43,855 bases of DNA from Candidatus Dadabacteria bacterium (GTDB taxonomy: Bacteria > Desulfobacterota_D > UBA1144 > Nemesobacterales > CSP1-2), in assembly GCA_023250035.1 (NCBI GenBank), contig JAHFBK010000002.1, positions 1 through 43,855 of the forward strand. Direction: 5' to 3'. Of this stretch, positions 31,120-39,894 are shown piece after piece. Numbering within the stretch: position 1 is the first letter of the stretch; each line of letters begins with the position of its first letter. Both the position numbers and the translations under genes were made by a program. The notes beneath the pieces are model-generated. The model was not told the origin of the DNA. It saw nothing but the letters and a program-made list of their open reading frames with translations, and made no database searches.

Positions 31120-32061
31120 TTGGAGGCATTTCTGCCTATCAAGAAGATTAATATCCTTGAGAAAAACATACAAGCTGTTATAAAGGGGAAACCAGAGGCA
31201 GCAAAGGCAACACTTGTTGCATTTCTTTCACAAGGACACATGCTGATTGAAGATGTGCCAGGTGTTGGAAAAACAACACTTGCTCAGGTACTTGCAAGAT
31301 CAACAGATCTTTCTTTTAAGAGGGTTCAATTTACGAGCGACCTTCTTCCATCGGATATTCTCGGAGTATCTATTTACGACCAGAAAACTGGGGAGTTTGA
31401 TTTTAAAGCAGGTCCAATCTTTGCAAATATAATTCTTGCTGATGAGATAAACCGAGCGACACCTAAAACTCAAAGCGCCCTTTTAGAAGCGATGAGCGAA
31501 TCTAAGATAACAATAGATGGAAAAACCTACGAGCTACCAAAACCTTTTATGGTAATTGCCACCCAAAACCCATTTGAGTATCGAGGAACCTTTCCACTTC
31601 CTGAAAATCAGTTAGATCGTTTTTCTATGAGGGTAAGCATTGGGTATCCGGATTATGAGAGTGAAAAGGAAATCCTCTTAAAGTTCAACCCGGCAAAACC
31701 TTGGGACGGTATACAATCAGTTGTATCTAGGGAAGAGGTGCTAGTTATACAGACTATGGTTGAAAGGGTTCATCTGGATGAATCTATTCTTGACTATATT
31801 TTGACAATTATAAAAGAGACAAGAAACCCTAAGGTATTTGAGCTTGGAGTGAGTCCAAGGGGAGCGATAGCCCTTAAGCGTGCGGCTCAGTCACATGCGC
31901 TTATCGAGGGTAGAGCATACTGTATTCCAGATGATGTAAAGGAAATGGCTGTGCCAGTTCTTTCTCATAGGGTCATTCTTAAACACGATCGCATGGGGGG
32001 AAAGGGAAGGGAGGAAGAGGCACTTATAGAGGTACTAGAGCGAGTTAAGGTTCCAATTTAG
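31120..32061 (+). CDS. moxR: MoxR-family AAA+ ATPase
   Basis: EDVPGVGKT, RVQFTSDLLPSD, LADEINRATPKTQSALLEAM, ATQNP, GVSPRG; TTG after SD aggagg. Confidence 0.94.
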   Translation: MEAFLPIKKINILEKNIQAVIKGKPEAAKATLVAFLSQGHMLIEDVPGVGKTTLAQVLARSTDLSFKRVQFTSDLLPSDILGVSIYDQKTGEFDFKAGPIFANIILADEINRATPKTQSALLEAMSESKITIDGKTYELPKPFMVIATQNPFEYRGTFPLPENQLDRFSMRVSIGYPDYESEKEILLKFNPAKPWDGIQSVVSREEVLVIQTMVERVHLDESILDYILTIIKETRNPKVFELGVSPRGAIALKRAAQSHALIEGRAYCIPDDVKEMAVPVLSHRVILKHDRMGGKGREEEALIEVLERVKVPI

Positions 32062-32161
32062 GTATTTGTCGTTTGGGGTTCGTGTTTCGAGACCCGTTTT
32101 CACATTGCGTGATACTAGATCTCGACTTACAATTCACTATTCACGAAAATGGAGGGGAACA

Positions 32162-32434
32162 TTGAATACAAAGCCTAGAATCTATTTTTATAAGGGCAAG
32201 TTACCATTATCTATCATTCCACTTGTTTTATTTGTACTAATAGTCCTTATTTTATTTGCTATTCTAGGTCTTTTTATCGGCGTTATCCTTGGAGCTGCTA
32301 TGTTAGGATTTATCGTTCTCCGTCTCCTTATTTCATCCAAGAAGAAACAAGCCAAGCCGGTAGAAGAAGATAGTCGTACCATTGTACTAAATGAAAGAGG
32401 TTATGAAATTATAGAAAAGGGAAGAAAAGAGTGA
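32162..32434 (+). CDS. Small membrane protein (hypothetical)
   Basis: TTG 32162 after SD ggagg, in frame with track ORF 32066; long hydrophobic hairpin and charged tail. Confidence 0.65.
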   Translation: MNTKPRIYFYKGKLPLSIIPLVLFVLIVLILFAILGLFIGVILGAAMLGFIVLRLLISSKKKQAKPVEEDSRTIVLNERGYEIIEKGRKE

Positions 32435-32493
32435 ATCGTGCTTACATGATCGAACCTCGAATCACTATACACGATTCACAAGCCACGAACCAC

Positions 32494-32772
32494 TTATTTA
32501 GCTTTATCAATCTTCTTTGCTAGGTTGATGTCATTATCAGTAACACCACCCTGACTGTGAGTCGAAAGGGTTAGAGTAACCTTATTATATTGAATCAGAA
32601 AGTCTGGATGATGGTTTGCTTCTTCAGCTAGGTCTGATACCGTATTTACGAAGGCAATCGCATCTTTAAATGTCTTATGTTTGTAAATCTTATAGATTTC
32701 GTTGCCCTTTAGTTCCCAGCCATCTAGGTCTTTAAGTTTATCTTTTATTTCTTTTTCTGATAAGACCGCCAT
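32494..32772 (-). CDS. phhB: Pterin-4a-carbinolamine dehydratase
   Basis: AEEANHHPD, YNKV, STHSQGGVTDND; SD ggagg. Confidence 0.93.
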   Translation of the reverse strand: MAVLSEKEIKDKLKDLDGWELKGNEIYKIYKHKTFKDAIAFVNTVSDLAEEANHHPDFLIQYNKVTLTLSTHSQGGVTDNDINLAKKIDKAK

Positions 32773-32946
32773 GTCGTTACCTCCGTTGATTCATAGTAAG
32801 GTTGAGTATGATGATATATACTATCACGAGATTTGTGATGATCATAAACCTGGGTGAGTTCTGCACAAATAAACATCTTTATATTCATTTTAAGCTCTTT
32901 TTCAAGCACTTTCATATGGATTTAAGCGGGATTCAAAAGAATTACG

Positions 32947-33492
32947 AACGAGTCAGAGCGGGATTTTAGGATACGACTCCAAGAGGCATCACGTGAAGAG
33001 AGAGATCAATTAGTTGAAAGGCTTGGGCAAAAGTATGCACCTAAGATTGCCGCCCTTGAGGAACGCATTCGCCGCGCGGAACAGGCAGTAGCCAGACAGG
33101 AAGAGCAAGCTAAGCAGCAGAAGCTACAGACTGCTATCTCATTTGGAACCACCTTGCTTGGCGCTTTTCTCGGAAAGAAAAGGGTAAGTGTCTCTACTTT
33201 AGGAAGAGCCACGACCGCCGTGCGCGGAGTTGGGCGTACTATGAAAGAATCACAGGATATTGATCGCGCCGAAGAGACTTTGGATGTTTTGAAGAATCAG
33301 CTTGCCGAGCTCGAGGCCCGGTTCCAAGCAGAAACTGAGGAAATCGCGACAAGAATTAGCTCGCGGACAGAACCCCTTGAAACTTTTGAAATAAGGCCAA
33401 AAAAATCAAACGTATCAGTCAATGTACTTGCACTTGTTTGGGTTCCCTATTGGCAAGATGAGCAAGGCAGAATGAAACCTGCATGGACTTAG
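32947..33492 (+). pseudogene. C-terminal fragment of a large HerA-like ATP-binding protein
   Basis: Frame reads NESERDFRIRLQEASREERD..KYAPKIAALEERIRRAEQ..QTAISFGTTLLGAFLG..LVWVPYW; in-frame stop at 32923, no ATG/GTG/TTG before TTG 33154, no P-loop. Confidence 0.65.
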
Positions 33493-33500
33493 TGAAACTA

Positions 33501-33624
33501 CAAATCCAAAATCACAAAATACAATCTCTAAATAAATTCAAATGACCAAAACTCAAAATTTAATACAGCTTGGAATTTGGCACATGGAATTTGTTTGTTG
33601 TTTGGTGCTTGTGATTTGGAATTT
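33501..33624. repeat. Long imperfect hairpin built of ~7-nt units
   Basis: aaatccaaaatcacaa ... ttgtgatttggaattt arms with heptad periodicity. Confidence 0.7.
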
Positions 33625-33647
33625 GTCTTAATTCGGAGCTTATTCAA

Positions 33648-34175
33648 ATGCCAATAGCCTTTATAGGAATAGGTTCAAATCTTGGAAACAGGATTGAAAA
33701 CTGCGCTAAAGGTGTTGAGGAAATCTCGACTTTCACAAAGATTATCGTTGTTTCCTCTTTTTATGAAACCGAGCCTGTCGATAAGGAAGACCAGTCAGAT
33801 TTCATAAACTGCATGATAAAGATTGAAACTGCTCATCCCCCTTTGGAACTTTTGTCCTTTCTTAAATCTTTGGAGAGACAACTTGGAAGGAAGAACAAAG
33901 AAAAATGGGGTCCGAGAATAATTGACTTTGATATTATATTTTATGACGATCTTATAATCGAAACAAATGATCTCACTATTCCTCATCCAAGGGCTCATCT
34001 TAGACGTTTTGTCCTCCAACCCCTATTTGAGATTGCCCCGAATTTTATACATCCGGTATTAAGGAAATCTGTTTCTGAGCTTCTAAGTGAGGTTAGGTGT
34101 ACTAAGAAGGTATTAAAAGTAGGCGATTTTTCAACATGCTATTCACATAAATCCACAACTTATCCACAAACATAA
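33648..34175 (+). CDS. folK: 6-hydroxymethyl-7,8-dihydropterin pyrophosphokinase
   Basis: IGIGSNLG, YETEP, FIN, WGPRIIDFDI, IPHPRAHLRRFVLQPL. Confidence 0.95.
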   Translation: MPIAFIGIGSNLGNRIENCAKGVEEISTFTKIIVVSSFYETEPVDKEDQSDFINCMIKIETAHPPLELLSFLKSLERQLGRKNKEKWGPRIIDFDIIFYDDLIIETNDLTIPHPRAHLRRFVLQPLFEIAPNFIHPVLRKSVSELLSEVRCTKKVLKVGDFSTCYSHKSTTYPQT

Positions 34176-34323
34176 AACATAACTTTCCATAACTTATCCA
34201 CATCTATGGGATTTTTTTCTTTAAATATAACTCATTAAAAATACAACGTTATTTACACCATCTTAATTAAAAATAGTGCTAATAATGAATAATTATTACA
34301 TAATAGCTTCGAAGTTATCCACA
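34139..34323 (+). promoter_or_regulatory. DnaA-box cluster
   Basis: Perfect TTATCCACA at 34160, 34194 and 34315; imperfect boxes at 34139, 34149, 34183 and 34249; all in the same orientation, in AT-rich DNA. Confidence 0.75.
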
Positions 34324-34768
34324 AGACATGTTAGAGATGTTTTTTATTAGTTACGTACAACGACTTTAGAGATTAAGGCATTCCTGATACATTCATGCTC
34401 CAAAATCAAATCACCATTTATTAGTATTGGTACAATAGCAGCTAACTAACCATATTGACTTGATTTTAATATTCAAAATAAGCTATTATAGTAATAATAC
34501 TTTATTAAGAATGGTTTTGAGATGGGGTCAACCTACGACAAATACGGACTTAATTGCTTAGTTCTCTCAGCACAAATATACCCAATTAAAATAGAATGTG
34601 ACCACCCTTTTAAACTGAAATTAAAAGCGGAAAATACACATATTCATACGAGCGTATTATATGATCAAAAGATTATCAAAGAACTGGTATTAACCATTTT
34701 TACTGGAGAGTTTTACAAACCGAGAGATTTAATAGTCTTAAATTACTGTCTGCTTTAGGAGGTAAAAC

Positions 34769-37700
34769 ATGGGGGATGAATATTTACCTCAGAATCAAAC
34801 CACAAATGAAAAGATTTCTGTGAACGAAGGAATTGTAGGATTCGATTCACTTGAAACCCACTACAAACAAACGAAAGAAAAGTTACGTTTCCATGAGAGC
34901 CTAATCTACTCGATGACTGATGCCTCCCCGTTGGCCTTTTATGTTGTAGACAATCGTACCGACGAAATACTTTACTTTAACCATAGGTTCTGTGAAATAT
35001 GGGGCATCACCCATCTTGAGGAAGCCATGAGGAGGGGTGAGCTCAAGAATCAGGATATTGTTCCTTACTGTCTTCCTCTTGTTAAGAATGTTCCAGCATT
35101 CCTCGAATCATGCAAGCCGCTACAAAACGAGGAAGTGCGTTTCACTGTTGAGGATGAAATTCAATTCGTTGATGGTCGTACGATTAGACGAGTTTCCTCA
35201 CAAATTCGAGGCGAACTCGACCGTTACTTTGGTCGCCTATATATTTTTGAAGATGCCACAGATCGTAAACGTTTAGTTGATGAGCTTAGGAAAATAACCG
35301 AACGAATTATTAACTATCAAAAGGCACTCCTTGAATTAGCGAAGATGGATAACTCCGATCTTGAATTGACACTGAAAAGGGTAACTGAAGTAGGTTCGAA
35401 GACGTTAGGTGCAGAGCGTGTAAGTGTCTGGCTTTTCAACGAAGACCATTCAGAAATTGTCTGTAAAGATTTATACAAAATGAGCGAAAATGTTCATGAA
35501 AAGGGATTAAGGCTTCAAGCCAAGGATTACCCTAGGTATTTTCATGCATTGGAAGAGAGCCGCACCTTGGCGGCGAATGATGCCTTAACCGATCCTCGTA
35601 CAAGTGAATACACCGAAGGGTATTTAAAACCATATAGAATTTCATCGATGATGGATGTGCCTATTCGTGTTGATGGAAAAGTTGTAGGTATTGTTTGTCA
35701 CGAGCACACAGGACCGATGAGAGAGTGGGTACTAGAAGAACAAAACTTTGCAGCCTCGATTGCCGATGTGGGTTCTCTCGCTTTGGAGGCTTCAGAGCGG
35801 AATCGGATTGAAGAGGCACTACGAAAGAGTGAAGAAAGGTACCGTGCTTTGTACGAAGATAACCCGTCTATGTACTTTACTGTGGATCTAGAAGGAAAAG
35901 TTTTATCAGTCAACCTATTTGGGGCAGAACAACTTGGTTACAAGGCTCATGAGTTAGTTGGGCAATCCGTTCTTATGATTTTCCATCCGGATGACCGAGA
36001 AGGGGTACTGAAGCAAATGAGGGTTTGTTTACAGAACCCCAACCAGCTATTCCAATGGGAATTTCGCGAGATCAGAAAGGACGGCGGTATCTTGTGGGGG
36101 AAAGAGGCTGCCCGTGCAGTACAGGGTGCTGAAGGCGGTGTAGTTGTTCTTATCTCTTGTGAGGACATTACCGAGCGGAAACGGATGGAGGAGGCTCTCC
36201 GAAAAGCTAAGTATGATCTAGAAATAAAAGTAGAGGAACGTACTTCTGAATTAAGGAAATCTAATGAGCGACTATTAGCTGAGATCAGTGACCGCAAGCG
36301 GACGGAAGAAGACTTAAATAATAGAAATAGGGACCTAGAAATTCTAAATGCTATCACTCAAGCGGTACATCAGTTCCTTGCCCCGAAGGAGGTCTATAGG
36401 GTTGCATTGGATAAAGTTATTGAACTAGAGAATGTAGACCTAGCATGTATTTATCTGGTTGACGAAGCTAGGAATGAAGCAGTAATTCAGGACCAAAGGA
36501 ACATTCCAGAGTGGTTTATCAAGAGAGCCGGGAGGATCCCATGCCCTAAGGGTGTAACCTGGAGGGTCATAAATACGGGAAACATAGTAAACGTTAAAAA
36601 CGCTCAGGAAGACCCTGATGTAGGACCCGCAGGACGGGAACTTGGTTTTCGGGGCATGCTTGGGATACCTATAACCCTTGAGAGTAAAACCATAGGAGTA
36701 ATATGGCTTATTAGCTATAAAGAGTATCTTTTCACCCGGAGTGAAGAGGAGCTACTTTTATCTATTTGCAGTCAGACATCCATAGCTATAAGTAAGGCAA
36801 GACTCTATGAAAGAGAATTTAATCAAAGGAAGAGGATAGAAGCTCTACAGGTAGTTTCTCAATCTGTTACTTCCAAACTGGATTACAGGAGTGTCCTTCA
36901 GGATGTTGTTGAAAATACTAACAGTTTTATGGGTTCAAGATTCTCGATCATAGCCCTTCAAGAAGGTGATTACTATATCCCGAAGGCTGTAGCCGGTGAT
37001 GACGAGGGTCTAAGGGAGGTTATCCAAATAAGCCCTGATCCAGAGAATATGTGGGGAAGGGGACGTGGTGGGGAGTGCCTACGCACAAAAACCCCTATAG
37101 TTGCAAACGACCTAAGGAATGCCCCGCCACTAATATGGCGAACTGAGCTTATTAAAAGAGGAATCCTATCTGTTGCTATTGTGCCACTTATCATTAAGGG
37201 GGAGGTAAAGGGGCTTTTACTGACCTACTCTCAAGAGCCCTATGCCTTTGATAAAGACAAAACAAATCTCCTTACCTCTTTTGCTAATCAAGCAGCTATT
37301 GCTATTGAAAACGCCAGACTCTATGAAGAAACTAAAATGCAGACCGAGGCTCTCAAGGAGAGTGAGGAACGTTATCGTAGTCTCTTTGAAACTGCTCCCG
37401 AAATCATTTTCAGCGTTTCTCCCGACGGAATGATTGCTTCACTGAATCCTGCGTCAGAAAGGATTACAGGGTGGTTACACAAAGATGTCATTGGACAGCC
37501 TTTCATATCTTTTATACATCCTGATGACCTGCCTTTGGTTATGGAGAAGTTTCAGCAAGTCTTGCAGGGAGAGGCGATACCGCCCTTTGAATTACGTGTT
37601 TTATCTCAATCTGGTGAGTTTCTGATTATAGAAGCTGTTGGCTCAACGCAAATTAAAGATGGACAAGTGGTGGGTGTTTTGGGAATCGCTCGCAATATCA

Positions 37701-39802
37701 CTGAGCGTAAACGTATGGAAGAGGCGCTAAGAGAAAGCGAAGAAAGGTTAAGTGCAATGTTTAATAATACACCAAATGTAGCTGTCCAAGGTTATGATTT
37801 AGAAGGAAGGGTTTTGTACTGGAACAAGGCTTCAGAAAAGATATTCGGCTATACAGAGAAAGAAGCATTGGGAAAAACCCTCGGCCATTTAATATTCGAC
37901 GAGGAAAATACAAAAAGGTTTCATTCAGTTATCAAGGATGTGAACGAATCAAATAAGCCTCATGGTCCCACTGAATGGATTTTTAGAAATGGGGAAGGAG
38001 TCGAACGCGTTGTTCAATCTACATTATTCACAATACATTCTTCAGAGGGTAAAAAGGATTTCATTTGCATGAATATTGACATCACTGACCGCAAGCGGGC
38101 GGAGGAAGCACTTAAAGAAAACTTTGCCCAATTATCCAAAAAGAACCGGTACGAGACGATAATTAGTACTGTAACTAGAAGCGTTCATCAGACGATAAAT
38201 CTACAAGATGTCCTTGAAAATGCGGTTGAGGCTATGAGTAAGAACATAGATGGTGCAGACAATGTTTCGATCTATCTAGTAGAAGGTGCAGAAGCGGATT
38301 CGACAGGCTCACCACAGGCGGTTATCAAGTCTTATAGGGGCTATTCTGAAGCCTTTATAGGGAAGGTTAGAAGAATTCCATATCCAAAAGGCTTTACCTG
38401 GAAAACGATAATCGAGGGAAAGCCTTTGTATTGTCCTGATGTAGACCAGGATACTGTTATTGGACCAGCCGGAAGGGAAGTAGGAACAAAGAGCTATGCA
38501 TCTATGCCTATTCAGTTTGAAGGCAAGACGATAGGATGCATAAATATCAATTCTTTAGAAAAGGATGCTTTCGATGAAGAAGAGTTAAAGCTATTAGAGA
38601 TTGTTGCGCATCAGATAGAGATAGCAATCACTAATGCCCAGCAGGCAGAGTTGCTATATCAGGCTAAAGAGGAACTAGAACTACGTGTACAGGAGCGAAC
38701 ACAGGAGTTATCTGAGATAAATGAAGAACTTAGGAAGGAGATTGCAGAGCGCAACAGGGTAGAGGAGGAAATCAGACAAACCCAATCATTCCTTAATTCC
38801 GTCGTCGAAAACATTCCAGATATGATATTTGTCAAGGACGCCAAGGATCTCAGGTTTGTGCGTTTCAACAAAGCAGGTGAGGAGCTACTTGGTTATTCGA
38901 GGGGAAATCTAATTGGCAAGACCGACCATGATTTTTTCCCGAAAGAGGAAGCAGATTTCTTCACATCTAAAGATCGGGAAGTGTTGGAAGGTTCCAAACT
39001 CCATGACATCCCCGAGGAACCGATACATACGAGGAATAAGGGAAGAAGAATACTGCATACCAAAAAAATTCCAATTTTCAATGCGGATGGTAAGCCACGT
39101 TATCTTTTGGGCATTTCAGAAGATATCACCGAGCGAAAGCGAGTGGAAAAGCAAATTAGGTCATCATTAGAAGAGAAAGAGGTGCTACTAAAGGAAATTC
39201 ACCATAGGGTAAAAAACAATTTGCAGGTCATTTCAAGTCTACTCGACCTTCAATCTGAATATGTTAAGGGTAAAAAGACTCGCCAGTTGTTCCATGAAAC
39301 TCAGAATCGTGTAAGGGCAATTGCACATATACATGAACGGTTTTATCAATCCAAAGATCTAGCAAGGATTGATTTTGCTGAATACATACGGCATCTAGGT
39401 AATTATTTGTTTCAATCATACGGGGTTGACCCGAATTTTATCAAACTGAAGGTTAATGTCCAAGATGTGGTGCTTGATGTTAATACTGCTATTCCTTGTG
39501 GCTTGATAATAAATGAACTTATCTCAAATTCATTAAAACACGCCTTCAGAAAACGTAAGAAAGGAGAAATCTGTATCGATTTTCACTCTGACATTAAACG
39601 CGCAGATAGCCATAGGCATCGTCTATACACTATGACCGTAAGAGATAACGGTGTTGGTTTCCCAAAGGATCTGGACTTCCGAAACACCGAATCATTAGGT
39701 CTTCAATTAGTAAACGCTTTAACAAATCAGATTGGAGGTTCTATAGGGTTAAATAGAAGATATGGTACTGGTTTTAAGATTACGTTTAGTAATCAGTTGT
39801 AA
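34769..39802 (+). CDS. Soluble multi-sensor histidine kinase: 5 PAS, 4 GAF, HisKA_2 and HATPase
   Basis: Five D/N-I/A-T-E/D-RKR PAS termini, GAF repeats, LLKEIHHRVKNNLQ, NELISNSLKHAF, VRDNGVG, SLGLQLV; SD aggagg; no TM segment. Confidence 0.93.
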   Translation: MGDEYLPQNQTTNEKISVNEGIVGFDSLETHYKQTKEKLRFHESLIYSMTDASPLAFYVVDNRTDEILYFNHRFCEIWGITHLEEAMRRGELKNQDIVPYCLPLVKNVPAFLESCKPLQNEEVRFTVEDEIQFVDGRTIRRVSSQIRGELDRYFGRLYIFEDATDRKRLVDELRKITERIINYQKALLELAKMDNSDLELTLKRVTEVGSKTLGAERVSVWLFNEDHSEIVCKDLYKMSENVHEKGLRLQAKDYPRYFHALEESRTLAANDALTDPRTSEYTEGYLKPYRISSMMDVPIRVDGKVVGIVCHEHTGPMREWVLEEQNFAASIADVGSLALEASERNRIEEALRKSEERYRALYEDNPSMYFTVDLEGKVLSVNLFGAEQLGYKAHELVGQSVLMIFHPDDREGVLKQMRVCLQNPNQLFQWEFREIRKDGGILWGKEAARAVQGAEGGVVVLISCEDITERKRMEEALRKAKYDLEIKVEERTSELRKSNERLLAEISDRKRTEEDLNNRNRDLEILNAITQAVHQFLAPKEVYRVALDKVIELENVDLACIYLVDEARNEAVIQDQRNIPEWFIKRAGRIPCPKGVTWRVINTGNIVNVKNAQEDPDVGPAGRELGFRGMLGIPITLESKTIGVIWLISYKEYLFTRSEEELLLSICSQTSIAISKARLYEREFNQRKRIEALQVVSQSVTSKLDYRSVLQDVVENTNSFMGSRFSIIALQEGDYYIPKAVAGDDEGLREVIQISPDPENMWGRGRGGECLRTKTPIVANDLRNAPPLIWRTELIKRGILSVAIVPLIIKGEVKGLLLTYSQEPYAFDKDKTNLLTSFANQAAIAIENARLYEETKMQTEALKESEERYRSLFETAPEIIFSVSPDGMIASLNPASERITGWLHKDVIGQPFISFIHPDDLPLVMEKFQQVLQGEAIPPFELRVLSQSGEFLIIEAVGSTQIKDGQVVGVLGIARNITERKRMEEALRESEERLSAMFNNTPNVAVQGYDLEGRVLYWNKASEKIFGYTEKEALGKTLGHLIFDEENTKRFHSVIKDVNESNKPHGPTEWIFRNGEGVERVVQSTLFTIHSSEGKKDFICMNIDITDRKRAEEALKENFAQLSKKNRYETIISTVTRSVHQTINLQDVLENAVEAMSKNIDGADNVSIYLVEGAEADSTGSPQAVIKSYRGYSEAFIGKVRRIPYPKGFTWKTIIEGKPLYCPDVDQDTVIGPAGREVGTKSYASMPIQFEGKTIGCININSLEKDAFDEEELKLLEIVAHQIEIAITNAQQAELLYQAKEELELRVQERTQELSEINEELRKEIAERNRVEEEIRQTQSFLNSVVENIPDMIFVKDAKDLRFVRFNKAGEELLGYSRGNLIGKTDHDFFPKEEADFFTSKDREVLEGSKLHDIPEEPIHTRNKGRRILHTKKIPIFNADGKPRYLLGISEDITERKRVEKQIRSSLEEKEVLLKEIHHRVKNNLQVISSLLDLQSEYVKGKKTRQLFHETQNRVRAIAHIHERFYQSKDLARIDFAEYIRHLGNYLFQSYGVDPNFIKLKVNVQDVVLDVNTAIPCGLIINELISNSLKHAFRKRKKGEICIDFHSDIKRADSHRHRLYTMTVRDNGVGFPKDLDFRNTESLGLQLVNALTNQIGGSIGLNRRYGTGFKITFSNQL
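38298..38319 (+). repeat. TTCGAC..GCTCA micro-element inserted in frame in the kinase
   Basis: attcgacaggctcaccacaggc resembles the reverse complement of 6881-6903 (gttcgacaatgctcactgcaggc); gcgg recurs 24 nt apart. Confidence 0.7.
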
Positions 39803-39894
39803 TACTGCTTTTTTGTAATGAAGAGAATTCTGGTTTATTATTTTTAATGGAGAATGTATATAAAAGTAGGAAAAATATATAATGGAGGAACAGA

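Noticed and set aside
30766-31173. ORFs 30766-31173(-) and 30890-31081(+)
   Set aside because: They overlap secA or moxR and translate the palindromic repeat at 31000-31082
34522-34758. 78-aa ORF upstream of the kinase
   Set aside because: No SD or recognisable motif; lies in an AT-rich promoter region
34769-39150. LOV or bilin-binding photosensor domains in the kinase
   Set aside because: No GxNCRFLQ motif and no phytochrome DIP/CH motif in the GAF domains
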